Part shown: positions 26,571-36,026 of the stretch, in pieces
Layout of the letters: each line of letters begins with the position of its first letter
Position numbering within the stretch: the stretch's first letter is position 1
Assembly: GCA_016199215.1 (NCBI GenBank)
Contig: JACQHB010000007.1
Location: forward strand, 1 to 39,059
Source of the DNA: Candidatus Doudnabacteria bacterium
Lineage (GTDB): Bacteria; Patescibacteriota; Doudnabacteria; UBA920; O2-02-FULL-48-8
DNA length: 39,059 nucleotides
Direction: 5' to 3'
Made by a program: the position numbers and the translations under genes
Notes under the pieces: generated by a model
The model's database searches: none
The model's input: only the letters and a program-made list of their open reading frames with translations
What the model was told of the DNA's origin: nothing

Positions 26571-28397
26571 ATGGCTTTATTCAAGAACAAATCATCGCCC
26601 AGACAAGAAACTCAAAGAAAGATGCTGGAAGCGGAACGCCAATTCCGGCAGGGTTTAAACACTCTGCGGGACTTAATAGCTCCTTCGGCTTTCAGGGTTA
26701 ATTCAAATAACGTGGAAATTTCCGGCAAGCTGGCAAGATCTTTTTTTGTCCTGTCTTATCCCCGTTTTATTTCAGTTGACTGGCTTGCTCCCATAATCAG
26801 TTTGGACGCGACAATGGACATGTCCATGTTTATCTACCCGATGGGAACGGAGGATGTTATGAAAAAGCTTCGAAACAAAGTGGGGCAGTTGGAATCAACC
26901 ATTTCTATGAACCAGCAGAGGGGCAATGTCCGCGATCCGATGCTTGAAACCGCTTACCAGGACGTGGAAGCTTTGCGCAACCGGCTCCAGCAGGGGACTG
27001 AAAAATATTTCAGGTTTTCTTTGTATTTCACAATTTACGCCGATAATCAGAAAGACCTGGATCAGATATCTTCAACGATCGAATCCCTGTTGGGTTCCAA
27101 ACTGATTATCGCCAAACAATCTATTCTCCAAATGGAGCAAGGGTTCAATTCCACCTTGCCTCTGGGCAATGATGAGTTGGCTGTGGCAACCAATATGAAC
27201 ACGGAGCCTCTTTCCACCACCTTTCCTTTTGTCTCCACCGAACTTACCAGCAATGACGGGATACTTTATGGAATCAATCGTCATAACAACAGCTTGATTT
27301 TATTTGACAGGTTTCAGATGGAAAATGCCAATTCCGTATGTTTTGCCAAATCCGGCGCTGGAAAAAGCTACGCGATTAAACTGGAGATCCTGCGATCATT
27401 GATGCTAGGGTCGGAAGTGATAGTGATTGATCCTGAAAACGAATACAAGCATCTTTCAGATGCCGTGGGCGGGTCTTTCTTAAACGTTTCGCTGAATTCT
27501 AACTCACGGGTAAATCCTTTTGATTTGCCGAAGTCAATCGAAGGAGAAAATAACGAGGATATTTTAAGGGCGTCAGTGGTAAATTTGCTGGGCTTAATGA
27601 ATTTAATGCTTGGCAGGCTCAATCCGACCGAGGAGGCGATAATGGATCGGGCAATTTGGGAAACTTACGCGAAGAAAGATATTACTCCAGCAAGCAGCTT
27701 CAACAATATCGAGCCTCCCCTGATGCAAGATTTGGTTGATGTCCTCGGAGGCATGGTCGGCGGAGAAAGTTTGGCCCAACGATTGACCAAATACACTGAA
27801 GGGACTTTTTCCGGTATTTTCAACCAGCCGACCAACATTAACATGGACAACCAGCTGGTGGTTTTTTCAGTGAGGGATCTGGAAGAAGCCCTGCGCCCGA
27901 TTGCCATTTATATAATTCTCAATTTTATATGGAATATGGTAAGGTCTGAATTAAAAAAGCGGATTCTGGTCATTGACGAAGCCTGGTGGATGATGCAAAG
28001 AGAGGATTCCGCAAAATTTTTGTTCGGCATGGCTAAGCGCGCGCGCAAGTATTATTTGGGCGTAACCACGATTACCCAGGACGTATCTGACTTTTTGCAA
28101 AGCCCGTACGGCAAGCCGATTGTTACAAATTCCTCAATCCAGCTGCTGCTCAAGCAGAGTCCGGCTGCCATTGATTTGATTGCCCAGACATTCTTCTTGA
28201 CCGAGGGGGAGAAATACTTGCTTTTGGAATCGGATGTTGGAGAGGGAATTTTCTTTGCCGGGCTTAAGCACGTTGCCATTAAAATAATCGCCTCATACAT
28301 GGAAGACCAGATTATAACCACAGATCCCAAAAGAGCGTTGGAAATAGAACAGGCGAAAAAAGAATTGCAAGCAGTAAACGAAAATGATAATGCCTAA
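26571..28397 (+). CDS. virB4: VirB4-like T4SS ATPase
   Basis: Start moved to ATG 26571; FPF.S, GILYGIN, Walker A AKSGAGKS, VIDPENEY, VNPFD, Walker B VIDEAW, KRARKY...TITQ. Confidence 0.9.
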   Translation: MALFKNKSSPRQETQRKMLEAERQFRQGLNTLRDLIAPSAFRVNSNNVEISGKLARSFFVLSYPRFISVDWLAPIISLDATMDMSMFIYPMGTEDVMKKLRNKVGQLESTISMNQQRGNVRDPMLETAYQDVEALRNRLQQGTEKYFRFSLYFTIYADNQKDLDQISSTIESLLGSKLIIAKQSILQMEQGFNSTLPLGNDELAVATNMNTEPLSTTFPFVSTELTSNDGILYGINRHNNSLILFDRFQMENANSVCFAKSGAGKSYAIKLEILRSLMLGSEVIVIDPENEYKHLSDAVGGSFLNVSLNSNSRVNPFDLPKSIEGENNEDILRASVVNLLGLMNLMLGRLNPTEEAIMDRAIWETYAKKDITPASSFNNIEPPLMQDLVDVLGGMVGGESLAQRLTKYTEGTFSGIFNQPTNINMDNQLVVFSVRDLEEALRPIAIYIILNFIWNMVRSELKKRILVIDEAWWMMQREDSAKFLFGMAKRARKYYLGVTTITQDVSDFLQSPYGKPIVTNSSIQLLLKQSPAAIDLIAQTFFLTEGEKYLLLESDVGEGIFFAGLKHVAIKIIASYMEDQIITTDPKRALEIEQAKKELQAVNENDNA

Positions 28398-29622
28398 TCC
28401 GATTGATCCTGACAAAAAAGAAGATTTAGAAATAAAAATAAAGAAAGAGCATGAAATAAAGCCGGAAGATATCATTCTGGGAAGAATTCCTAGTCCTCAA
28501 GAAGAGGAAGAAGACGAAGAGGATCAAAACCAGGATCAGCAAGGACAAAGAGAAGAAGACCAAGAAGAGGGAATTGAGGAAAAAGAAAAAGATCAAGGTG
28601 AAAAAGAAGAAAAGGAAGGGGATAAGGATTATGGGCAGAAAGAAGATAATAAAGAACCTGAAGGAAGCGATGAACAAGAGCCTGTTGAATCTGGACCCTC
28701 ACAATTAGATGAGGAGCTACAAGAACAGGGAAGACAGAATGAGTTGGATCGTTTGAACCAAGAAGAGAGATTAGCAAAAAAAATAGGTGAAAGAGGTGCC
28801 GGACAAGCGGCGGTTGGGGAAGCGGGAGGTGCGGCAGTAGCGGGAGGCGAAGCGGCAGCTGCTGCTGGTGCCGGTGCAGTGGGGGGAGGTGCTACAGCTG
28901 GGGCGGCCGCTGTTGGTGGAGCGGGACTATTTTCTAGCATCGGCGCATTTCTTGTATCTACTGCTCCTGTTTGGATTCCAATTTTTTTGATAGGAGTTCT
29001 TATGATATTTTTAGTAGTTCTTTTGGTAAGTGCATGCGATCAGTCAGGTATTAAGGGGTACCTTGTCCGGGGGGGAGGATCATGGGCGGCTGCTATCGTA
29101 AAAGCACTACCAAGCGATTTATGCAAACAATTATCTTTTCAAGGCGGATCGAGTGGCGGAGGTGGGGGTGGAGGTGGTTTTCCATTTGATATCGTTATTA
29201 CTAGCGCATATAGGCCAAACCAGAGCGGGTCGGCTCACCAGAGGGGTGAAGCCATAGATTTTTCCCTAAGACCAAGACCAACGGACAATAATGATTACAG
29301 AATAGATCAACTGGTGGCGATTGCTAAAGATTCGTTTCCAGGACCATTTGCGGGAGCAAAAGGAGATACCTTAGATGAATACAGAAAGCCAACGGAAAAT
29401 GCGACAGGCGGGCATGTCCATGTGGAATTTAACACGTATTCATCGAACGGTAAAACGTATACTTATTGTGACAATACTGAAGTTATAATTCCGCCTATTG
29501 ACTTGGAAGACATAAGCGATTTTCCGGTGGAAGGAATTACGGCTCCCAATTCGGCAAAAGTCCGGCCGTGTATGGTAGATGAAGTGCTAAGGATATTAAA
29601 CGCAGCAAGTTCAGAGGGTTAG
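28384..29622 (+). CDS. Membrane protein: acidic disordered N-terminus, Gly/Ala tract, TM, C-terminal M15/DD-peptidase-like Zn domain
   Basis: ITSAYR, SAHQRGEAIDF (SxHxxGxAxD) and GHVHVE motifs. Confidence 0.72.
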   Translation: MIMPNPIDPDKKEDLEIKIKKEHEIKPEDIILGRIPSPQEEEEDEEDQNQDQQGQREEDQEEGIEEKEKDQGEKEEKEGDKDYGQKEDNKEPEGSDEQEPVESGPSQLDEELQEQGRQNELDRLNQEERLAKKIGERGAGQAAVGEAGGAAVAGGEAAAAAGAGAVGGGATAGAAAVGGAGLFSSIGAFLVSTAPVWIPIFLIGVLMIFLVVLLVSACDQSGIKGYLVRGGGSWAAAIVKALPSDLCKQLSFQGGSSGGGGGGGGFPFDIVITSAYRPNQSGSAHQRGEAIDFSLRPRPTDNNDYRIDQLVAIAKDSFPGPFAGAKGDTLDEYRKPTENATGGHVHVEFNTYSSNGKTYTYCDNTEVIIPPIDLEDISDFPVEGITAPNSAKVRPCMVDEVLRILNAASSEG

Positions 29623-29632
29623 AGAATAAAAA

Positions 29633-30673
29633 ATGATCAGCAAAAGAATTTATTTGGTCTTGGGTGGGATAGCGATTTTGATCGCGCTTGCCGTGGTGGC
29701 TTTTGTTTTTGCCGTAAAAAAGTCTAAAGAAAAGCCCTCCGTCTCCCTGCCTGAAGCAAAAACAGAAGCCAGACTGCTTGCGGATGAACCGGTTATTTCT
29801 CCAATCAGCTCTTTTGACGGAGGCGCTGTGTGGTTTTTTACTCCCAAGGGGAAGTTATTCAGGGTCAACATCGACGGTTCAGGATTGACTGAAGCTGTTT
29901 TGCCGGCTGTAAGCGGAACTGTAAAAAAGGCCGATTGGCCAAGCCAAGGCAATGATTTTATCCTTACCGCGTCTGAAACGGGCGGCGATAGCAGATATTA
30001 TTACAGCAACGCTGACCAAAAATACACAAAACTTCCCGCCAATATCCAAAATTTCAATTGGCTTCCCGACTCAAGGAGAATTATTTATATTTGGCGCTCA
30101 GGCGACAATGTTCACCAGCAGCTTAATTACGCCAACGCGGACGCGTCAGGTTATAAAATTATCACGGATAAAATTTTTTGGCCCGACTTCAAGGTGATTC
30201 CCTCTCAAGACGGCAAGTCAGCGCTTTTGATCCGTTCAAAGCCGGAAGGAGACGTAAATAAAATTTATAAAGCGAATCTTGAGACCGGGGAGATAGAAAT
30301 TGTTTTAGGCGAGGGAAAAAATATCGACGCCGTATGGCTGCCAAACGGGCAGAAATTTATTTTTGTCCAAGATGCAAGTACTGTTCCTAAACTGTTTTTA
30401 TATAACCTGATAACGCATTCCCAGACGGATCTGGGATTGTCCGTCACGCTTGATAAGGTAGCGGTTGATAGAGATGGAAAATACGCGTACGCCGCGACGA
30501 GCAAAGCTGATTCTTTGGGCAGCATTTTTTACAGATTGGATTTGGCAAGCCTGAAACAGGAAGAGTTTTTCGCTCCAACATCTGAACTCCGCGTGAGAAG
30601 CTTGGGTTTGGCTTCAGACAAATTGTTTTTTGTCTCAAGCCAAGACAGTAAGCTGTACCTGATACAGAAATAG
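29633..30673 (+). CDS. Membrane-anchored TolB-like beta-propeller protein
   Basis: N-terminal TM; repeated blades WLPDSRRI, PSQDGK, WLPNGQKF, DRDGKY. Confidence 0.75.
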   Translation: MISKRIYLVLGGIAILIALAVVAFVFAVKKSKEKPSVSLPEAKTEARLLADEPVISPISSFDGGAVWFFTPKGKLFRVNIDGSGLTEAVLPAVSGTVKKADWPSQGNDFILTASETGGDSRYYYSNADQKYTKLPANIQNFNWLPDSRRIIYIWRSGDNVHQQLNYANADASGYKIITDKIFWPDFKVIPSQDGKSALLIRSKPEGDVNKIYKANLETGEIEIVLGEGKNIDAVWLPNGQKFIFVQDASTVPKLFLYNLITHSQTDLGLSVTLDKVAVDRDGKYAYAATSKADSLGSIFYRLDLASLKQEEFFAPTSELRVRSLGLASDKLFFVSSQDSKLYLIQK

Positions 30674-30680
30674 TTATACG

Positions 30681-32750
30681 CTATTCAAGGTGGATGACCC
30701 CATGTTTTTTTATTTTTTCAGCCAGCAACGGGTGATCCGTGAGCATTAAGTCCTGCTCGAGAAGCTGTTGGGCGAGCAATTTGGACCGCGCGACCAGATC
30801 AAGATTGGTCATGTTCGCTATTTTGAAGCTGTATCCTGATTGCTGGGTGCCATACAGGTCCCCGGCGCCTCTTATTTCCAGGTCTTTTTCAGCCAGTTCA
30901 AATCCGTTATTAGACGAAACCAATGCCTGTATCCTGGGATTTGTTCCGGCATTGGGATCTTCAGAAAAAAGAAAGCAATATGATTGGTGATGCAACCGTC
31001 CGACTCTTCCCCGGAACTGGTGCAGTTGCGCGAGGCCAAATCTTTCCGCCCCTTCAATCATCATCACGGTAGCGTTGGGCACATCTACCCCGACTTCGAC
31101 TACCGAAGTCGCGACCAGGATGTTGATCTTGTTTTCTTTAAATTCAAGCATAACGCTTTCCTTGTCTTTGGCAGGAATTTTTCCGTGCAGTAGGCCGATT
31201 TTTAGTTCCGGAAAGACCTGCTTGCTTAGCTTTTCATATTCCGCGGTTGCGGATTTGACGCCCAATTTATCGGACTCTTCTATTAGGGGGCAGATCACAA
31301 AAGCTTGCCGCCCATCATTGATTTGTTTTTTTATAAATTGGTAAGCGTCAGCTCTTTTGGCTTCCGGCACAAATTTTGTTTTAACCGGAAGCCTGCCGGT
31401 CGGCAGTTGGTTTAAGAGGGTAATATCCAAATCTCCATACAGGGTTAAGGCAAGCGTCCGGGGAATCGGGGTGGCGCTCATGGTTATAAGATGAGCCCTG
31501 GATGTTTGTTTTAAGGTTGAGCGCTGCTGGACTCCGAAGCGGTGCTGTTCATCGATCACAACCAATGATAAATTTTTAAACTGGACGGTTTTTTCAAGCA
31601 AAGCGTGAGTGCCCAAAATCAGTCGCGTTTGGCCTCCTGAAATTTGGGCAAGCATGGTTTGCCTAGAAACCGGATTGCCGTTGATTTTAGTTGAGGATGA
31701 CGTGAGAAGGCCCGTATTTATGCCGTCATCAAGGAACAGTTTTAGGAGGGTAAGATAATGCTGGTTGGCCAAAACCTCGGTAGGAGACAGAAGGGCGCTC
31801 TGGAGGCCGTTTTTGGCGGCAAGAAGCATGCTTAGAGCCGCTATTATGGTTTTACCGCTTCCAACATCTCCTTCCAGCAGTCGGTTTGCCGGGTAGGGTT
31901 TGGAAAAGTCCGAAAAAATGTCTTTAAGCGCTTGTTTTTGCGAATCGGTAAGATTGAAGGGCAGGCTCCTGATTTTTTGGTCAAGCAAATTTTTGGTTTG
32001 GATCTGGTATGAGGATTGGAGCTGCCTGATCTTTTTATGTTGAAGAACTTTGGTCTGGGTTTGGAAAATTTCATCAAACGCCAGGCGATTCCGGGCTTGC
32101 TTTAATTTTGTCAGGTCGGATGGGAAATGAAATGTTTTTACTGCCTGATCCTCGGGAAATAGCTTTTCTGTTTTTAGAATTTGGGGCGGAAGGTATTCCG
32201 GGATCACAGCTTTATCAAGATAGGTTTTGATAATTGTGCGTAATTGTTTCTGGGTTAATTTCGCGGTTAAGGAATAGATCGGCACGAGCCTGGCAGTATG
32301 GATTTGTTCCTGTTTTTCGATTTCGTAAATTGGGTTTTGAAACTGAAGCTTTCCGCCGGAGGCGGATCCGTTTTTGGCGGAGTTTCTCCTTAGGCTAACT
32401 TTGCCGGAAAAGATGAAATTCTCTCCTTGTTTAATGATTTTTGAAAGGAAGGGCTGGTTGAACCAAACACAAGTGATGCTTCCAGTATCATCCTCAATCA
32501 ATGCTTGTGTCATGGTTAGCCTACGGACTTTTGTCCGGAAACTGGTGGCCGAAAGAACCCTGGCTTTGACATTTGCCCATTCGTTAACTTTTAATTCCGC
32601 GATGGGGGTGAATTTAGAAAGATCCAGGTGGTTTCTGGGCAAATAAAAAAGCAGGTCCTCTAACGTCTCGATCCCTAAGTTTTTTAGCAACTTAGCGCGT
32701 TGGGGGCCAACAAGATAAAGATTTTGAACAGGAGTCGATAGTTCAAACAT
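30681..32750 (-). CDS. recG: ATP-dependent DNA helicase RecG
   Basis: VGP.RA..L..LGI, RLAFDE, RLLEGDVGSGKT, IDEQHRFGV.QR, MSATPIPRTL, AERFGLAQLHQFRGRVGR, DLEIRGAG. Confidence 0.96.
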   Translation of the reverse strand: MFELSTPVQNLYLVGPQRAKLLKNLGIETLEDLLFYLPRNHLDLSKFTPIAELKVNEWANVKARVLSATSFRTKVRRLTMTQALIEDDTGSITCVWFNQPFLSKIIKQGENFIFSGKVSLRRNSAKNGSASGGKLQFQNPIYEIEKQEQIHTARLVPIYSLTAKLTQKQLRTIIKTYLDKAVIPEYLPPQILKTEKLFPEDQAVKTFHFPSDLTKLKQARNRLAFDEIFQTQTKVLQHKKIRQLQSSYQIQTKNLLDQKIRSLPFNLTDSQKQALKDIFSDFSKPYPANRLLEGDVGSGKTIIAALSMLLAAKNGLQSALLSPTEVLANQHYLTLLKLFLDDGINTGLLTSSSTKINGNPVSRQTMLAQISGGQTRLILGTHALLEKTVQFKNLSLVVIDEQHRFGVQQRSTLKQTSRAHLITMSATPIPRTLALTLYGDLDITLLNQLPTGRLPVKTKFVPEAKRADAYQFIKKQINDGRQAFVICPLIEESDKLGVKSATAEYEKLSKQVFPELKIGLLHGKIPAKDKESVMLEFKENKINILVATSVVEVGVDVPNATVMMIEGAERFGLAQLHQFRGRVGRLHHQSYCFLFSEDPNAGTNPRIQALVSSNNGFELAEKDLEIRGAGDLYGTQQSGYSFKIANMTNLDLVARSKLLAQQLLEQDLMLTDHPLLAEKIKKHGVIHLE
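32352..32381. repeat. 30-bp REP-like palindrome in frame within recG
   Basis: TCCGCCGGAGGCGGATCCGTTTTTGGCGGA; encodes SAKNGSASGG in the wedge domain. Confidence 0.7.
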
Positions 32751-32780
32751 AAAAATAAAAAGCAGCCTTTAAGCCGCCGC

Positions 32781-32826
32781 CGCCTCGTTTCACGAGGCGA
32801 GCCTCGCCAATCTTCGATTGGCGAGG
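32781..32826. repeat. Two adjacent GC-rich hairpins (REP-like or terminator)
   Basis: CGCCTCGT-ttc-ACGAGGCG (32781-32799) and CCTCGCCAATC-ttc-GATTGGCGAGG (32802-32826). Confidence 0.7.
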
Positions 32827-32873
32827 ACCCACTAGGTATAAATTTTCAACTGGAGTTTTTAGGTCAAACATAC

Positions 32874-33056
32874 TGGTGTGGCTTTACAACCACGCTCGAA
32901 CGTATTTTAGCAAAAATTGCTGAATTTGGCGAACGCCTCCGCGCCGCCGCAAAGCGGAGGCGTGCCAAGTTTGTACTCGGGCGCAGCGGAAGGGGGGTGT
33001 GGGAGGAATTCCGCTACGCCCTCGCTTCGGCTGGTGGCGAAAAATTGGCGGCGGGC
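32874..33056 (+). repeat. Long inverted repeat arm (P'), partner at 37064-37239
   Basis: Near-identical ~42-bp and ~75-bp blocks separated by a divergent hairpin-containing middle. Confidence 0.9.
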
Positions 33057-33062
33057 GGAACT

Positions 33063-33839
33063 CTAAAAATTGAAAGGTTTTGAATTTTGCCAAATAATAT
33101 CAAACTGGCCTTTCATTGTCTTGGTAAATTCTTGGCTTTTGATAATGAACCCAAAATTTTCACGAGATGAAGAGATAAATCTCACCGTATTTTCATAGAT
33201 AGCATACCCCAAAGAAAAATCTGTTCCTTCTGGAGCTAATCTTACTTCTCGGTTATTTTGATTTCCAATTTTAAGAAAAGGATATTTTTCCAAAGACGGA
33301 ATTTGAGTACGCGGCCAAATGGTTTTTAAAGTAATATTTCTTTTTACTCTTTCATTATGAAATTCCTGGTGAAATTGCGGGGTCAGTAATTTAATTACGT
33401 CCAAAATAGGCCAATACACAGATACTGTTATATTTTGATAAAGTAGCATATCCTTCATCATTTGTTGCAGTTCCTCTCTTCCTTCGAATAATTGCAAAAT
33501 AGGTCTTAGTCGCACTTGACCTTTGCCATATATGCTTTTTAAATCCGCCATAGCTTCTCGTGCAAGAGCAAGATTTGTTTCTTGCTCAGTTAAAATTAGC
33601 TCAATTTTTTCAGGTAGTTCAACGCTATATTTTCTTATCCCACCTTTCAAAGTTTGGGTTACTAAACCTCGTTCTTTTAGTCGAGCGAGGTAATCGTACA
33701 CAGAAGTACGAGTGATATTTGCCTCGTGCGCCAATTCTGTTGCGCTAACTAACCCGCTTTCGAGTATCTTTTCAAAAATTTCTGCCTCGATCTCTTTGAG
33801 ATTAAACAGTGCGAGGATGTTCTTTAGTTTCGGAGTCAT
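33063..33839 (-). CDS. TrmB family transcriptional regulator
   Basis: HTH SATELA..ANITRTSVYDYL.RL.ERGLV; FEG.E, RVKRNI, REVR..P effector domain. Confidence 0.88.
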   Translation of the reverse strand: MTPKLKNILALFNLKEIEAEIFEKILESGLVSATELAHEANITRTSVYDYLARLKERGLVTQTLKGGIRKYSVELPEKIELILTEQETNLALAREAMADLKSIYGKGQVRLRPILQLFEGREELQQMMKDMLLYQNITVSVYWPILDVIKLLTPQFHQEFHNERVKRNITLKTIWPRTQIPSLEKYPFLKIGNQNNREVRLAPEGTDFSLGYAIYENTVRFISSSRENFGFIIKSQEFTKTMKGQFDIIWQNSKPFNF

Positions 33840-33866
33840 AGTTGTGGAATTGTTACGACAATATTT

Positions 33867-33895
33867 ACATTATCAAATTTTTTAAATAGAGTCAA
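33867..33895 (-). promoter_or_regulatory. Putative promoter of the TrmB gene in the divergent intergenic region
   Basis: Minus strand TTGACT, 17 nt, TAATGT, with TG. Confidence 0.4.
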
Positions 33896-33929
33896 TAAGG
33901 GTATTTGTTCTTTCAAAAGGAGAGAAGAC

Positions 33930-35234
33930 ATGAAAGTCCAGTTGGTCGTTCCCGCTCTTGAGGGGTTCAAATACACCCGCAAAAGCGGGTGCCCTCCTCT
34001 GGGCATTGCCAGCATCGCCTCCTACCTAAAAAGGCATGCTGACGCTGATGTAGAGATTCTGGACGGCGAGATGATTGCTGATAACAAGACAATCGTTTCT
34101 CGTATAAGCTCCGGTGCTCTCGTCGGGGTCCTTACTAAAACTCCAAACTATCCTGGAGCGGTCAGGATTGCAGAAGGAGCGAAAGCCAATGGCTGCACAG
34201 TCGTTTTTGGTGGAGTGTACGCCTCAAACATGGCTCAAGCAATCATGCAACACCGCCATACGGTAGTTGATTTCGTAGTGCGTGGTTTCGGCGAAAAACC
34301 GATGCTTCGAATTCTCGAAATGATCCGGTCAGGTCAGCAATTTCCGGAAAAACGGATTTTGCTTGAACCTGCTCCGTGTTTTGACGAGATGGGCTGGCCA
34401 AGCCGCGGGTGGTTTGACATGGAGCAGTATATCGCCAACTTCGCTGCCGATCGGCCTAGTTGGAATTTGGCTCATGGCACCAACCTTTTCACACACATGG
34501 GCTGTGTCCATAAGTGTGATTTCTGCTCGCGGATGGGCCCGTTGGGTGGAGGGGTGTACTGGCGTGAGCCAAAAAACATTTGGGCTGAAGTGCGAGAGCT
34601 GGTATCGAGCTACGGAATAGACTACGTACTTGATTTCAGTGACACACTCACCCAAAACCGGCGCTGGCTTCAGGCACTTGTTGAGGCAAGACCGTACGAC
34701 CTGGAGCATATCCGCTGGCATGTATTTGCCACCGCAAAGCGGATTCCAGACAGCATTGAGCTACTCAAACTGCTCAATGTCGCGCATGTTTTTGTCGGCG
34801 TGGAAACTGGAGACGAGCTGATATCGCAGAACGTGCTCAAAGGGAGAAGGTTCAGCCCGCAACTGGTGCGTAATGGAATCAGTCTCTTGGTTGAAGCTGG
34901 GATTCGTGTCACTCCGTCCTTTGTGTACGGCTTGCGTGGCGAAACTCCGGCGAGTATGGAACGGACATTCCGATTTGCGCAAGAACTCGTAGCACTTGCC
35001 GGAGCAGAAGAAGTCTTTGCTTCGGAGCTGATTCCTTGGCCGGGAGCACCGGCTTGGGAGACAGTTCGCCAATTCTTCGGCGGTACGGACTTGCTTGAGG
35101 TCGAAGCACTGAAAGAGGTCTGGCTTCGTGAGGTTGTTCACCTCAGTCCTGTTCACGCGCGTGAGTACGTCAACAACACGCTGGCACTCGCAAAGTATCC
35201 CATTAGCGTGCAAGGAAAGGAGGATAAGCAATGA
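33930..35234 (+). CDS. B12-binding-domain radical SAM protein
   Basis: PPLGIASIASYL, VVFGG, DFVVRGFGE, CxxxCxxC (GCVHKCDFC), FVGVETG, FVYGLRGET, P.PG.P. Confidence 0.9.
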   Translation: MKVQLVVPALEGFKYTRKSGCPPLGIASIASYLKRHADADVEILDGEMIADNKTIVSRISSGALVGVLTKTPNYPGAVRIAEGAKANGCTVVFGGVYASNMAQAIMQHRHTVVDFVVRGFGEKPMLRILEMIRSGQQFPEKRILLEPAPCFDEMGWPSRGWFDMEQYIANFAADRPSWNLAHGTNLFTHMGCVHKCDFCSRMGPLGGGVYWREPKNIWAEVRELVSSYGIDYVLDFSDTLTQNRRWLQALVEARPYDLEHIRWHVFATAKRIPDSIELLKLLNVAHVFVGVETGDELISQNVLKGRRFSPQLVRNGISLLVEAGIRVTPSFVYGLRGETPASMERTFRFAQELVALAGAEEVFASELIPWPGAPAWETVRQFFGGTDLLEVEALKEVWLREVVHLSPVHAREYVNNTLALAKYPISVQGKEDKQ

Positions 35235-35977
35235 AAATAATCCGGCCAATCTTCCTGTTCGGATGCCCGAACAGTGGAACTACAATTCTGTGGCGTGCAC
35301 TCAAGAACCATACGGACTTGAGTGGGCCTGACACGGAAGATCAGGATATCGAGGGTATGCCGAATTCCATGCGTCACCACCTCGGAAACGCCACTTTCCG
35401 ACTCTGGGCTCATCCGAAGTTTGGCCTTGCTTATTATGTAACCGAGCAGGACTACAACGAGGAGGACACCCAAAGACTTCGAACAATTTACTGCCAGTCA
35501 CTTGCGCCTGGTACAAGGCTGGTGGTGAAAAGCCCGGCGCACACGCTACGGGCTCGGCTAATACAAGCATACTTTCCCGACGCGTACTTCGTAGCCATTG
35601 TTCGGAATGGCTACGCGGTTGCAGAAGGAATTGTACGAAAGAGGAAGTACGACCCTGATCGTCCGCAATTTAAAGGTTTAACCACAACCATTGAAGAGGC
35701 GGCGGAACAGTGGTTCAGAGCGAACGTGGTGGTAGTTTCGCACCAACAGTTCTTGCGTAATTACCTCATCGTGAAGTACGAGGATTTGGTACAAAATCCA
35801 GGAACAACGCTGTATCAAATTCTCGACCACTGCGGTCTAGCCCGAACCTCCATTCAAGTCCCCAACTTCAAGCAGGATAAAAACGACGAGCAAATCGCTC
35901 GACTAACAAAGGAGGAAATCGACGCCATAACGAGAATCGCCGGGCCGATGTTGCGTCACTTCGGCTACGTTCTTTAA
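35231..35977 (+). CDS. PAPS-dependent sulfotransferase family protein
   Basis: PIFLFGCPNSGTT (5'-PSB), KSP, FPDA.F..IVRNG (3'-PB), VKYEDLV.NP, M..FGY. Confidence 0.9.
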   Translation: MKIIRPIFLFGCPNSGTTILWRALKNHTDLSGPDTEDQDIEGMPNSMRHHLGNATFRLWAHPKFGLAYYVTEQDYNEEDTQRLRTIYCQSLAPGTRLVVKSPAHTLRARLIQAYFPDAYFVAIVRNGYAVAEGIVRKRKYDPDRPQFKGLTTTIEEAAEQWFRANVVVVSHQQFLRNYLIVKYEDLVQNPGTTLYQILDHCGLARTSIQVPNFKQDKNDEQIARLTKEEIDAITRIAGPMLRHFGYVL

Positions 35978-36026
35978 GGGGCTTACAATTCACAAGATTG
36001 TGAGCCCCAACTTTTAAAAAATCATT

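Noticed and set aside
28490-29180. Purine-rich and GGN-rich low-complexity DNA as a non-coding repeat
   Set aside because: Explained by the Glu/Asp/Lys and Gly/Ala tracts of the encoded protein
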